A DNA stretch of 64,000 nucleotides from the human T2T-CHM13v2.0 reference genome, Homo sapiens: assembly GCF_009914755.1 (NCBI RefSeq), contig NC_060926.1; one strand, 5' to 3'. Under the pieces are notes generated by a model, which saw nothing but the letters and a program-made list of their open reading frames with translations, searched no databases and was not told the origin of the DNA. The position numbers and the translations under genes were made by a program. Positions 16,025 to 34,040 of this stretch are shown piece by piece (position 1 is the stretch's first letter; each line of letters begins with the position of its first letter).

Positions 16025-16103
16025 TTAGGTTGGTGCAAAAGTAATTGCAGTTTTTGCCATTAAAAGTAATGGCAAAACCATAGTTGCTTTTGCATCAACC
16101 TAT
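16025..16103. mobile_element. MADE1 (Hsmar1-derived mariner MITE)
   Basis: ttaggttggtgcaaaagtaattgcagtttttgccatta...taatggcaaaaccatagttgcttttgcatcaaccta; palindromic about 80 bp; TA flanks. Confidence 0.92.
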
Positions 16104-16864
16104 ATCTCTTACCTTTTTACCACATATACAAAAATGTATGTTATTCTATGAATAAGTGTTTCATGAATTTAACCATGAGCAACAATGACACAATATAAAA
16201 ATGCAGTTATAAGTCAAAATTATTGTTATTACTCTTATTCATTCCATTTGATTGTTGTTTTCCTGGTAAAACTAAAAATGTAATGTAGAAATAGAACAAT
16301 ATGCATCTTCCATTGAGCTCACTATATTTGTTTACCCTCAAAGTAATTGCTAGACCTTGGGTATTTACACTGAGATCCCTCTCCTCCCATTTTTTTCTTT
16401 TTCTTTTCAGAGTGATAAGAGGGGAAGTGAGAAGGGAGAAGATTTCCAGTTGACAAAGAATGAAAAAGAAAGAATAATCCTATTCTGCTAGGCCATGCAA
16501 CCCCATAGGGTCCAAAGTGAATGCCCTTGTAGGAGGTAGATGACACTGGGTGAGCATTAGTGCATTTGTCTTAAAGAAACCAATTATAACCCGTAGTGCA
16601 GAGCCTCTCCTTCACAATGAGGCCTGGTGGCAGCAGTGTCAGTAGGGGGCCAGAGCAAATAAACAGGGGCTCTAGTTAATTATGGAAAACTTGCAACTAG
16701 GACATATTGGTTATTCCCAAAGCTCCCAACCAACATTCTCTCATCTTCTGACGTCTTTTCTTCTCTCTCTTTCTGCTACCTTTTCAGACCTTAAAAGATT
16801 CCATTAGTGACTTTAGTGAGAAAAATGCAATATTTTAGGATTATTAAATGGTGTGGTTTTTAGT

Positions 16865-17200
16865 TTTTTGTATTGTGTTAAAATATACATAAAATTTACC
16901 ATTCATCACGATTTTCAGGTGTACAATTCAGTGGCATTCAGTACATTCACATTGTTGTGTAACCGTCACCACTGTCCATCTCCAGAACTTTTCATCATCC
17001 CAAACTCAAACTCTGCACGTATTAAATGATAATTTCCCATTACCCCCTCTCCTCAGTCCCTGGTAACCACGATTCTGCTTTTTATCTTGATGAATTTGAC
17101 TATTCTTGGTACCTCATATAAAAGTGGAATCCTACAATACCTCTTCTGTGTCTAGCTTGTTTTGCTTGGCATAACATTTTCAAGGTTCATCCATGTCGTA
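16865..17200 (-). mobile_element. L1MB-like 3' end fragment
   Basis: tacaattcagtggcattcagtacattcacattgttgtg...ggtacctcatataaaagtggaatc. Confidence 0.8.
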
Positions 17201-18084
17201 GTACACTGAGTTTTCCAGAAGCATTTATTTCAGTACACAAGGTCATCTATTCAGTATCAGTTTCAGGCAGCTGCTGGTGTTAGGACTAGAGAAAGTTGTC
17301 TCTGCCTAACAGATCATTTACTGTCACATTTCTCGCTGCAAACTTCCAAATATAAAAAGGGTGGTCTAGAGAAAAGCAAGTGAGAATGTCATGTCACTGC
17401 CATATATTACGTTATTCTGAATTAACTTCAACAGTAAGAAATGAAATACTGATTCATTTCTCCCAACAACATTTTGATATTCTCCTTGCACCTCCAAAAA
17501 GCCTAAAACTCCCGAGATGGATTTTTTTTCTCCAGGGACTGCCTAAGGAATCTGAGGAATCTTTCCCCCTCTTATGGAAGAATTTGTTCATGCTCAGAAT
17601 AGAGAAAAAGTAGGAGGAGAACCAGAAAGAGGAGAAAACATCTAAGCAGTTTCCTCTAACTTGACTGAAGAACCACATTTGGAACAATAAAATGACCCAG
17701 CACATCTCTCCCTTCTGGAAGGGTTTAATGTTTGATGTCACAGGGTCTTTTCTCCCCTGCATATGAATTTCCCCTTCGTCTACACGGGCTGCCCCACGGG
17801 TATCTCCACACAGCAGAAATCCTCAGAGAAGCTTAAAGATATGTAGGGTAAGAGGAGCCCCAGGAATGAAGATTTAAGGACAAAACAGAAAAATAAAAGG
17901 AAATAGAAGCTGGTTCCCTATCTGGACTTGAATGTTCAGAATATTTAAAATGTTTGCTTTAAGAATAGTCTGTGGTGGGCAAAATAGATGATAGCCACAT
18001 GACTTGTATTCCTAAGGGTAAGAAGCAAATTAAAAAAAAGAAACAGTTCTGAACAGAAATGAAAAAATAAGATAAATTGCATAG

Positions 18085-18352
<268 letters not shown>

Positions 18353-19538
18353 ATGCTTACACCTAGAACAGATCTGTCACCTTTCAAACTTACAGTGTGG
18401 GCTTGTTTTGTTATCAATGCATTGATATTTACAGTACCTATGGATAGTCCATGTACTGAAATAAAATTGATTTAGGAATTTTGTCTTATAAGTGTTCTAA
18501 AGACTTGCACAAGTGCACACATACACACACTATATACATAGTGTGTGTGCATGTGCGTGTATATAAATGAGTAACCTTAGACTTAGATTTGTTAGATGAG
18601 GAAGGTTTCAACCTTCCCCAAAATGCAAATGGAGAATTTCAACCATATAAACCAAATATTGGCATTTTATCTCTGGAACACAAACATCTTGTGTTACTTT
18701 ATGGTACTTACGTAATGGCCTGAATGCTCTAGTTTTTGCCAATATATTTTACATAATTTTGTATACAAGTTTAGTGGTATAGAAGATAAAGGACACTAAG
18801 CAGGATTAACAGCTTGGTTCCCTACAGCTGTTAAGTATGAAAACACACCATGAAAAGGCAACAAGCTTCTTCCAGGCAATGGAAGGCTTTTTGGGGGAGA
18901 AAAGAAAGTGAATTACAGGTTTAAACCTAGGAATGTCATTTTTTGAAACTTGTTTAAAATATTTTCAATCCTTCTAGTGGTTTGTGAGCTCCTGGGGTTT
19001 CTGGAAGGTGTTTGGGAACTGGATAGAGGGTTAGTTCATGCCTTTAAAAGCCAATACATTTCCATTTCTCTTTTATAACCAAGTAATAACCCAATTATGC
19101 ATGTATTTTATATACACAGACACGTATTTATTTTTACTCCAAAACAAAATGGTCTGAGGCCTTTCAAGAAAGTGCATGTGGCGAAGTCATGGGGGGCAGG
19201 GTGGAGACCATTTGGTGGTGCCCACTAACTAGGTTTCTCAGTTGGCTTATCTCTTAGTGGACCATTGCTAGCAACCAGGGTGTTTTTAAGCATTTGACAG
19301 TTTTCCATCACTTTTATTTGCCTTCATATATTGTTTCATTTACACCCTTAGTATCTCTTGTTTTAAAGACAGGAGACAAAAAGAACATGGATATTTAAAT
19401 ACAAGTTAATGAGGAACTTTAAAATAATAATAATTCTACAAATTTACCTCAAGATACTTTACCAAATTCATAAGTTACATTTATCTGATCAAAATTCTTG
19501 TGTCACATATCAAGATGTTTCTTATACAGCAGAAATCA

Positions 19539-20491
<953 letters not shown>

Positions 20492-21080
20492 GACCATATG
20501 TCTGCAGTCAGATGGAAAAAGTAAAAATATGTAATAAACACATATGAATAATATTAAGGACCATATTTTAAAATAAACTTGATAATAAATTTTTAATAAT
20601 ATTATCTACGATAAAATGTTTTACTTAAATTTCGTTCTTTATCATGCCACACAAAAATGGCAAAATGATTAAGAGAGTTTGCAAAATTATGTGGTATAGT
20701 GAAAGAGGTTTGCGGTTAAAAAAAAAAAAGAGAGAGAGAGAGAGAGAGAAGTATGGGGCCATGGGGATAGTCTCTGTAATCAGTCACCTGAACCACTTTT
20801 AATACTCAAAAGACTTATGAGAATAAAAATCTGATTTTTGCTAAGATTTATTAGCAAAATAAATCTTACTCCTTCCTGTCCCTCTCTAATTATCCTTCAG
20901 CTTGACCATGTATGAAAGAAAATTTACATTTCACTGTTTAATCTATTTAAAGATGAACATTTCCCATTAAATCAGGATGCACCTTATAATCAGTAGCATC
21001 TAACAATATAAGTCAGCCAGGCTGCAGTTGTGACTGTAGTTAGAATTGCACATGTGTGAACATCAAATGAGCCAGCATCA

Positions 21081-21467
<387 letters not shown>

Positions 21468-22263
21468 CTAGGAACCAAATGGTTGTGGAGAAGGAGTAAA
21501 TCAGACATGTTTAGCAACATTCTTTAAGCAGGAGTCAAAAGTAAGCTAACACTACATAACTGCAAGGCCAGCTTAGGAGCCCAGGACCAATGACTCTCTG
21601 TTGTTTTATGGATTATTTTAAGAAATGCTGCATCATCAAATTCTTAATATAGAGGATGATACATGGGTAAGTGTAGACATCAAAGAGTCTGAGTCAAATG
21701 CTGAATGTGAAAAAGTTTTAGGAATACCGAAACCAATTTATTTTGCTTAATGTTTCTCTTTTTCGTGTACAAGTATGCTATATGAGAAAATAATCTCTAT
21801 TTAATTAAATTTATAACAGCCCTTTCAATAAGTATAAAATGAACATTCTGATCATGTCATAGTTTAACTTGCATTTTTTTGTCTTAATGGCAAAAAACCA
21901 ATGACGCTTCTTACAATGATAGCATCTTAGACTCAATGAAAAGTGGGGATGAAATGAAATTTGGGGATACAGTACTTTCCCCTCTTCTCCTAAAACAGAT
22001 AATGAGCTTGAATGATCTACAATGTTTGCTAACTCTACTGCTTTCCTAACTGCTGCTCGTGGTGTTCCATTTTAATAAAAAGCTGTGGGCTGTTCTTATT
22101 TTGTTTGACATAGGGACTTTTTTTTTGGCCCAAGACTTTTAATATCATGTGGTCCGTATTTAACTCTCCCTAAAATATTTCTTGGGAAGAGAAATTCTAG
22201 TAGTTCAGTTTCGCTTGTATGATTTCTTTCAAAGTGTCAATTTACTCTTATTTCCTTTGCTAG

Positions 22264-22357
22264 GGGTGCAGGCTGCATCTTTATTGAAATGTTCCAGGGT
22301 CAACCTTTGTTTCCTGGGGTTTCCAACATCCTTGAACAGCTGGAGAAAATCTGGGAG
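22264..22357 (+). CDS. CDK15: CDK15 coding exon (94 nt, phase 2 to 0): (W)GAGCIFIEMFQGQPLFPGVSNILEQLEKIWE
   Basis: cttatttcctttgctAG acceptor; GAG|GTAGGA donor; completes DIWGAGCIF (subdomain IX); absent from the ORF track because it is short. Confidence 0.95.
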
Positions 22358-22746
22358 GTAGGAGAATAATTCTTCTAAAGAAAATGAAATATCTGCATTT
22401 TAAGTTTTGAACCAAATTTGCCTTACAGACAAATGAAGCAGTCCATCTGCTCTGAGATATTAAGCCCTATATTAAGATTGTAGAAACTGTAGCATTTGCC
22501 ACAGCTATAAGCACCCTGGGAATGTGTGGTCAGGAAACTCCCTGTTGCCCCATAGCAGCCCATGAATCCAGCTCACTGAATGATGTTCAGGTCTCCTGCT
22601 CCCTGTCATTAGTATTGTCTTAACCTCCCAGGGCAATTTCTGCCATTACTACTCAGACATGTCCCTACCTTGCTACCTCCAGTTCTAATGCTACCATATA
22701 TTTGGCCCTGGATCTTTGTCAACTGAAAATAAGACATAGAATTTTT

Positions 22747-22999
22747 AGCTGGGTGCAGTGGCTCATGCCTGTAATCCCAGCACTTTGGGATTGCTTTGAG
22801 CCCAGGAGTTCGAGACCAGCCTGGGCAACATGGCGAAACCCCATCCCTACAAAAACAAAAATGAGTGGGCTGTGTGGCGCACACCTTAGTCCCAGCTATT
22901 CAGGAGGCTGAGATGGGAGGATCACTTGAGCCCAGGGAAGTCGAGGCTGCTGTTAGCTGTGACCACGCCACTGCACTCCAGGCTGGGGAACAAAAAAAA
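22747..22999 (+). mobile_element. AluJ with internal deletion
   Basis: Diverged dimer. Confidence 0.82.
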
Positions 23000-23249
23000 G
23001 ACACAAAATTTTCATAGAACCCTGATAGAACAGAGGCTTTCCCTCTTAGTGTGAAAGAAGTGTACCATTTATCATGCTTATCCACAGCCAAATTCCTAAA
23101 GTGTCAAGGTGCCTTTGTGTGTGTATGCAGCTCCATTTCTTAATTCATTATTTATCCCTACCGCAGTTGCCTATGATATGCTTTGTTTTTATGGCCCTTA
23201 TATAGTATTACAGTCATACTATAGTCATCTGTATATTTCCTTTTTTGGT

Positions 23250-23605
23250 CATATTTTTATTGTGGTAAAATATACAAAACAAAATTTACCGTCTTAACCC
23301 TCCTTAAGTGTACAGCTTGTCAGCATTAAATACATTCATATAGTTGCACCACCATCACCGCCATCCATTTCCAGAACTTCTCTATCATCCCTAAGGGAAG
23401 CTCTGGACCCACTGAACAATAACTGCCCATCTTCCCTCCCCACACTCCCCTAGCCCCTAGTAACCTCTAATCTACTTTCTGTCTCCATGAATTGGCCTAT
23501 TCTAGGTACCTCATATAAGTGGAATCATACAAATTTGTCTTTCCGTATCTGGCTTATGTCACTTAGCATATTTTCAAGGTTCATCCATGTTGTAGAATGT
23601 GTCAA
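23250..23605 (-). mobile_element. L1MB-like 3' end fragment
   Basis: taacctctaatctactttctgtctccatgaattggcctattctaggtacctcatataagtggaatcatac. Confidence 0.8.
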
Positions 23606-23924
23606 GGGGCTTTAAATCGGCGGGGTGCAGGGGGGTACTTTATTACTTGCTATCCTGGATCCTGCTGCTTGTCTTCTGGCTAAAATAAAATGTACTTTGT
23701 GAAATTAAGACATTTTATAGAGATTAATTACTGACATTAAATTTTCTTCTAGAAACATGGGGGCTATTATGAAGGAACATGGGAAAAACTGGGAAGCATT
23801 CACAACTGAAAAAAAAAAATCCAAGCCAAAAGACTTTTTCTAAAAACTTTCTTGCAAGACAGAGCAATGCTATCTTCACATTATGTTATTGGGTGCTATA
23901 ACATCATCTAAGCTGGAGACAGCC

Positions 23925-24140
23925 TACTGTCATAGCTTTGGAGTCCAAAGACCTGGGTTTGAATTCTAACCATTTTCTAGCTAAATGAACATGGGCAAGT
24001 TATGTAGTCCCTCTGAACTTTCGTTTCCTTGTCTGTAAAATGGCAACAATGATAATAAGGACTTTCTAATTCTTTATTGAGAATTCCATAAAAACAAATG
24101 CATAACAAGCTCCATGCACCATAAATGCTCAATAGATGCT
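23925..24140. mobile_element. MIR
   Basis: gacctgggtttgaattct...gggcaagtta...tctgtaaaatgg core. Confidence 0.7.
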
Positions 24141-24696
24141 TGCTTTCTTCCTGTCCCATACAAATTGTTGTACAGATGTTTCAATAACCTAACTGCTAGC
24201 AAGTATTACCTGAAATTTAACCCGATTGTTCTCTTCTTTCACTTAGCAGTATTATTTCTTGTCCACAATAGAGGAAGCACAATTGCAGTTCTGATGCTGC
24301 AATGACCTTTTATACATTTGAAGAGTTTTTCCTGGTCATTTAATCAGGAAACAACACTTACTCACCATATATGAGGCGAGTAACTCTACAAGACTCTACA
24401 AGGTCTTGTAAGAAGCTATAAGCCAAGGGGGAAAAAAAAAAGAAGAATAAGAAAAACACATGATCTGTATTTTCAAGTGTTGTTCAGTCTAGGTAGGGCG
24501 ATGGGTGAAGTATACGTAAATATATGTGAAACAAACATAAACTATGTATATATGTAAAAGGATGTATGTATAGATAGTTAATATAAATTGTAATACTGAA
24601 ATAAGATGTGCTATTAGGATACTTGAAGAGTAGTTTATTTGAAAAGAATATAAGTATATCCTTGTGTGCCATTAGTATTTGAAGAGTTGTATATAA

Positions 24697-25006
<310 letters not shown>

Positions 25007-25514
25007 CATAAACTGATTTTTAAAATACAATATACAGTTAGGCATAGTTGTGTGTGCCTATAGTCCCTACTGCTTGGGAGGCTGAGGCAGGAGGATCCTT
25101 TGATCCCAGGAGTTTGGGCAACATAGTGAGACCCCCATCTCTAATAATAATAAATATAAATTTCAAATAACATTTTAAAATATGACATACTATCTTTGAA
25201 TGACCACACAATTTAAAAAGCAATCATTTTACGGTTCTTTAGTGTTCAGTTAGCACAGCACTTAGAAATCATAGAATAAAGTGAGCAAGATGCTTCTCAA
25301 AGCCTGATCACTCTTTAGGACTCACAATGGGCTAGGTACTATGCTGGAAAGAGAAAAAATAATAATTTTCTAACCTGCTTGAGACATAGTGGTATAAATG
25401 ATAACACAGCTGCTGAACGTGATGACTTTCTCACTTTGTCCGCAGAGCAAGAAACTATAGATGCAGTAACAAAACTGCATTCAATGAACATGGGACTGTA
25501 GATAACAAACTAAC

Positions 25515-27045
<1,531 letters not shown>

Positions 27046-28762
27046 ATAAGCAGGTTAGAAAATTATACAGATTATAAATAGTTCCTGAATTTGTGTTTTA
27101 CTAAACGTAGCCTACACAGATGAAAACAGGAAAGCTACACTTCAGAATCTGTGATATTTGATGTCAGAAGTGCATCCCTGAAAGCAATGGGTCCATTCTA
27201 AATCTCCTAACCTCTAACCATAATTTGTTCTATATTTATCCTGAGATCTCACTCTTAGGAATAAAAACACATTGAGAAGTCCTGAGTCTCTATTTTACTA
27301 TTTTTCTGAAGTGCCTGTAGTGTGTGTGTTTACATCTAAATAATAGCTGTCACCACTTTCTGATCAATTTTAAAAACTAATTTTAAATAAGTGTTTTTCA
27401 TAAATAATCCTGGATTTAGTTCTAAAATCAGAATAAACTATGCAAACTTTGAATCCATTAATCAAAATGCTTTTAGTTTCCATTCCAACAAAGGCAGATA
27501 AACAGCCCCTTCAGACCACTGTGGTTTGAAACATAGCACTCACTGGCTGCCTTTTAAGAGCCTTCAGGGAGGGAGCAAAACAACAATTTTTGGTTTTCAG
27601 TTTCCCAGACAGTGAAGGAGAGATTTAGTAATTTTCTCAAGTGAAAAAGAATTCAATAACTTGCAAATAGAAACTGAGATCAAATTTCCAAATAAAGTAT
27701 ATTGAATTTTTGTTTAAACTTTTAAAATCTCAAGCTTAAAGCTTTGAACATAAGATTAAAAAAACTTTTTTTAGTATCCATTTTGTTGGCTTTAGTTAAA
27801 TATCATACAAAGTAACCAACCATCTGGTAACTTTCACCTTAGAGAAAACATGATAGTGGTTGTCACCTATTTCTTCTATTGTTTTCTCTTCATTATCTTT
27901 GCTTTCTTTTCACTGCACTTTGCCAGCCAACAGAGGATGTATGGGTACATGTGACTCACACCCACTTGTTTACACATGCATCTGTGCAAATACATAAGAT
28001 GGTAGGTTAAAAAAAGAAGAATTAGTTTCTTGTCCCCTGGCCTTCTCCCACAAAAGAAGAATTAGTCCAGTTGGTTTTTCAAAATGGATTCCAGGATTCT
28101 TAGTGTTCCCTCGGGCTCAGGGTGGTTGATAGGAAAAGCCTATAATCCTCTCAGTCACTTTTCAGTTTGTTTAGGGAATGGATCAAAGAAGGAAGATTTT
28201 ACTGGGTGGCATGATTTTTTTATTATATGAGGGAAAATAGCACTTCACTGTCTTTTGTTTAAAGACAAGCTTAACAGATGCTAAAAAGTACATCTCTCAG
28301 CCAGATTCCTAGTCAACAAGCTGATAGACACTAAGATTCTGGATTCTTCATTGATTATATTCAGTCATTGTTGGGCAATTGACTCCCTGCCATAATAATT
28401 GGGCCAGTATCTATAACCAGCATTTTACAGATGGATTCGCTAGACTCTTTCTGTAAGAGATGTTTCTAAAAAGAGTTATAGTGAGATATGCTTCTAAGAA
28501 AAGTTATACTGTAGTAGTGTAATGAAAGCTACTAGTGTTTTATTAGTATTTCACAAGAACAATGTTACTCTGTCTCCCATATATAACTGTCTATGGGCTT
28601 TTATGATTATTCTTTAAAAAAAAAAAATACTAAGGTAATGCCTACCGGGGAACTCATGGTGCTGGCTTCATCCAAAGTCTGAGCTGTTTTGGCTTTATAC
28701 TCCGAAAGACTTTATTTTCATACATCTTAACTAAAAACTGGGGCTTTAAATTGGTCATTCAA

Positions 28763-29068
28763 GGCCAGGCGCGGTTGCTCATGCCTGAAATCCCAGCACT
28801 TTGGGAGGCCGAGGTGGGCAGATCACGAGGTCAGGAGATTGAGACCATCCTGGCCAACACGGTGAAACCCCGTCTCTACTAAAAATACAACAACAACAAC
28901 AACAAAAATAGCCAGGCGTGGTGGCTTGCATCTGTAATCCCAGCTACTCAGGAGGCTGAGGCAGGAGAATGGTGTGAACCTGGGAGGCAGAGCTTGCAGT
29001 GAGCCGAGATCGCATCACTGCACTCCAGCCTGGGCGACAGAGCGAGACTCCGTCTCAAAAAAAAAAAA
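28763..29068 (+). mobile_element. AluSc/Y with (CAA)n-expanded middle linker
   Basis: Full dimer; degenerate TSD ggt(c/a)attcaa. Confidence 0.88.
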
Positions 29069-29756
29069 CATCGGTAATTCAAAGCATAGACCAGCCCTTT
29101 TTCAAGTGATGTTGTTCCCATGACAATCCATCAGTGAAAAACCAAATACCATATTCCAAGCTGCTAGTCACAGAGAAAACAAGCAGATGAGATGAATGTA
29201 ATAGAAAAGACTAGAGTTAGTTTTGGGGTCATCTTTAGCCAACATTCCATTGCCTGAAGCTCAGTAATCTGAATCCTTTTTAATTTGAGCACATCAGGGA
29301 ACAGCTGAATACCCATGCTGAGGCATAATTTAAGCTGTCAAGTGTCTCCTGTCAATATACATGTGGTCATCTGATGCAAGGCAAAGAGACAGTCACTCCT
29401 GCTTCTTTATATCCCTAGCTCCCAACATGGTGTCCTAATGCATGATAATCATGCAGTAAATGTTCAGTGATGAGAACATGACTTTGAGCAAGGCTGTATG
29501 ATCTGCCTCAGAACAAGTGAGTCAGTAAGAATGCAGGCCCCGGACCATAGGAATGTATTACAGTTTTGCCCAAGAAACCACAAACGTTGGAAACACTCAA
29601 GTTTCTTTCTCGTATACATCAGCTGGTGTCATGCAATGGGACATACATCTGACGCTTCCCTGTTCTTCCCTGATTTGTCCTGCATGTCTCCATACCTCTT
29701 CCATCCACCTCATCTCCCCACCTCACCTTTCTTTTTCTTTGTTTGGCTTTATATAG

Positions 29757-29820
29757 GTGCTGGGAGTCCCTACAGAGGATACTTGGCCGGGAGTCTCCAA
29801 GCTACCTAACTACAATCCAG
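29757..29820 (+). CDS. CDK15: CDK15 coding exon (64 nt, phase 0 to 1): VLGVPTEDTWPGVSKLPNYNP(E)
   Basis: Long pyrimidine tract and atatAG acceptor; CAG|GTAATA donor; CDK-typical LG-P---WPGV--LP insert; frame consistent. Confidence 0.95.
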
Positions 29821-30614
29821 GTAATATTGATCTGAGCTTCTGAATACTCTGAGAATTAGTAATGTAAGGAGAGCATTGGCCACGCTAACAGGGCGTTCTT
29901 GTATTGTGAACTCAGCGGCAAAGATGGGTGTAGAGGAATTTCTACATTCATATATTCCCTGACTAATCTTTGTATGAGGAAGACACTGAAAGAGTAGCTG
30001 AGGTTAGACCAGTTCCCCAGCTCTGTAAAACACAAGTAGCAAGCTGAATAGAATTTGAAATGACTATTACTGTGGATTCCACATCCATTGTCAAATACCC
30101 AATGGCTCAAAAGAACAACTCAAAAGATGGGCTCACTTTTGGGCCCCCTGACTGTCATAAGTGTATTGATTAGTATTGAATTGCATATGTATAAAAAGAA
30201 AGCTAATGCAACAGAACAGAGGTAGAGGCTCGCTAGGCCTAGGACATGCCAAGTAAGCTGTCTGTAGGTTATACTTACTAAGAGTTCATTCATTGCCTGT
30301 AAACCTGACACTTGGTCATTGTCTCTCACACATTTCATCTTTCAAGACTGGCTTCTGGGATCGATTTAGAAGTGCTGGAAGTGTTATCCATGGGGGAATT
30401 CTTTGAGAAGCTGTCGCAGGGCCACATCAGAGGGATCAGATTAAGCAGTAGTCACTTCAAGGATGTTGAGACAGAGGGGAGGAGACAGGCACTGAACTAC
30501 AGGATGAAGGATCATATTAGAAGCTGAAGAAGCAAATAAAGCCCATGCCAAAGCTGAGCTCTCACTGGCAGGGTTGAAGGGGAGGTAGAAAGGTACAGAT
30601 AACGACAAGATTAG

Positions 30615-31009
<395 letters not shown>

Positions 31010-31823
31010 TGTTGTCCTTACTAACTTTGGTATGAGATTATCCTGGAAGGGTTTCCTGAGAGCAAGAAATTGTAGGTAGAGTTAAAATGTGATTAAAGAA
31101 GAGAATAAAATACATAGGGAGCTGGGGACTCTTTTTCTTATTTTCTTTAGCATCCAATACTTTTGCTTACAGCTATCCATAGGGATCTGGCATCTTGAAC
31201 CACCAGGATTATGGAAGCCCTACAGCAAGCTAAAGACTAACTGTAAAGTCCTTTCAGCTGCTTTGTGAATGGTTATATCTATTGCTAAAAGGCCTTAATA
31301 TCATTTGCAAATAGTTTATGATTTCTAACTATTTTTCTAGAGTTTAACACGTGAGAAAAATGCTACTCTCTGGTCACAGGACTTAGAATAGTGCCTATTT
31401 CCATTGGTCTGAGATAGAGAAAAAAGAACAAGTTTCTTGTGGAGCCGTGGTCCAGTCTGCAAATTGCTCCTATCTCCAGTTGCCATGGTTTCCAGGAGAA
31501 CGTGGCTCTCATCTTTTCCTGCCCTGCCTGTACTTCTCCCTGTCCACTCTGTTCTCTATTTTCCCTCAGCTTCCTAACTGAGAATGCCAGCAGAAGTTTA
31601 GAGTCACAGATGGATTGTAGGAAACAATTTGGATGATGCCAATACAAAGCTACTGTGGTGGGCATATGCTGCTCCCCCAAACTTCAGACATTTGGGTTTC
31701 AGGTTGGTCCAGGCAATCAACAGTGATCCTTAATACAAAATGTCTTGGTGAGAGCAATAATCAAGAAACTTGGCCAAAGTGCTTCCCTGCCAGATTGTGT
31801 GCTTAATAAGATAACTGGGTTCC

Positions 31824-32155
<332 letters not shown>

Positions 32156-33236
32156 TAACTGGGTTCCAATAAAACAGAGAAAATATGTTACATTTTAAAA
32201 AATTTTCTGTTGTTTCAAAACAATGTGCAGTTTTTCTATATAAGAAGAAAAGTCTCCAGGCCCAACATCCATAGGGCTCATCATCCATTGTTTTTCTTTT
32301 AAGTTTTCAATTTAATCCAAATAAGTCAAAAATTTTCAGGTACCTACTATCTGCCAGGTGCTGTGCCGTGCGCTGGGGCTACACAGATGGAGAGGGTGCA
32401 TTCTTGGATCTCTAGTGTTTGGGTTTGGATTCATTCACCCACACTCTTTCACCAGTTCTCTTTGTTACTGGGGTGCTCATTTGTGAGCCCTGCTTCCATG
32501 GCTTGGAGAGTTTGTGGCTGTGGGCCAGGCTGAGCTTATGGAGCAAAGGGAGTTGGAACCTTAGCCATAGACATGATGTCTAAACCTGGATTTGGAAATC
32601 TTAAAAGTCCAGCCTATCTTGGGCCATGGGGTCAGTATTATTGATAACTCAATCCCAAGGACTGTGTTTTAAAAGGGTCTCCAACATCTGCATTTCAGGA
32701 ACATCCTCTTACGTGAGTCAATAAGTTCCTTTTGAGCCACCCCCTGCCCATCCCCATCCCTGAGCTGCTGTGGCTTCTAAACACTTGAATGTCAGTGATT
32801 AAGGGGAGCAGAAGACAAGCTGGGAGCCAGGAAAGTGTCACAGATGAGCACCGTGTCAGCAGCATTCTGGATGAGCTTCCCATTCCTTTCCTTTTCATTC
32901 TAAGTAGTCCTAGGAGCCCCCAAACTTTGAATCAGCCAGTACAATTTTGAGGGAGTCCAGTTGTCCGGAACTTGGGAGAACCATCCAGTGTCCATCTACA
33001 CCCATGCCTCCATTTCTAGGCCTTATCTGGACACCTCTAGGAGGACAGCAAAGTTTCCATTTGTACAGCTTTTAAAAAGTCACCTGATGCTGACCCAGTC
33101 GGATTTCTCTGACAGTTAACTGTTTTCTTGGAGCTTTGATGAGCAGGGTTGTAAGTTTTCTAGCCATCAATTCAGATTCTAGTGCCTGATTAAACCTGGG
33201 CAAGGTAAGAGGGTTGTATAATTTTGGAAACTTGCT

Positions 33237-33376
33237 TTTCCTTCCCTCCCTCCCTCCCTTCCTTCCTTCCCTTTCTCCCTCCCTCCCTTCCTTCTCTCTC
33301 TCTCTTTCCCTCCCTTCTTTCCTTCCTTCTCTCTTTCACTCCCTCCCTCCCTTCCTTTCTGTCTCCCCCACTCCCC
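33237..33376 (+). repeat. Polypyrimidine (CCCT/CCTT/CT)n tract
   Basis: Directly visible. Confidence 0.92.
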
Positions 33377-33779
33377 GTTTTAAGCAAGCTGGCTGAGAAC
33401 TCTGTGTCCTCCACTTCAAAGGGCCAGTTGTCTTATTTTGATGTGGGCAGATTGAAAAGTAGGCTTTGAAAAGTAGGCGCTTTTTTTGTTTAATCTTTTC
33501 TCTTGGGATAGCTTTCAGAGCAATATATCCAAATGTCAGTGAGGGGGTTCTGACGAGCACGGATTCCCAGACTCTCAGCAGGATCATTCTCTAACAGAAA
33601 TATAAAAGTGAAATATTAAAAACCCTGGAACGTGAACTCCATCTGCAGAGTACCCAGTGTCTTGCCTGCTTTCACCAAGGGAAAAAAAATAAATCTTGAA
33701 AAAAGAGGGAGGAGAAAAAAGTGTTTTGAGTAAGAGGTTTACAGGTTTAGTAGAGCATAGTAACATCCCCTCAAAGAAG

Positions 33780-34040
33780 TGGGTGTTGCTCTGTGACCCC
33801 CCAAAACGCTCCTCCTTTGACTCAGCCGCCAGAACACTCACCCTCCTCCGGCAGCACACCCCCTTTTCACATGCTAACTGAGGCGCCCGTGATTGGCTGA
33901 ACAATAAACTGGTCACACTTGCTAAAGGGCTGCCGTCTTTCACACAATTAGCCAAGACACATTAATCAAGCTGGCGGGCCGGGGCTGCGCGGGCCTCCTG
34001 CAGTGGGGGAGGGGAGAGAGTTTGGTGAGTCTTAATAATA
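33780..34040. promoter_or_regulatory. Candidate intronic enhancer (CpG-retaining, motif-dense)
   Basis: Local CpG excess (ggcgggccggggctgcgcggg), AP-1 tgactca, reverse CCAAT gattgg, FOX/SOX-like aacaataaac, homeobox aattag and ttaatc. Confidence 0.4.

Noticed and set aside
16638-16652. CTCF-like motif tcagtagggggccag (weaker ones near 49850, 52180 and 57020)
   Set aside because: Two or more mismatches at informative positions; unsupportable without ChIP data
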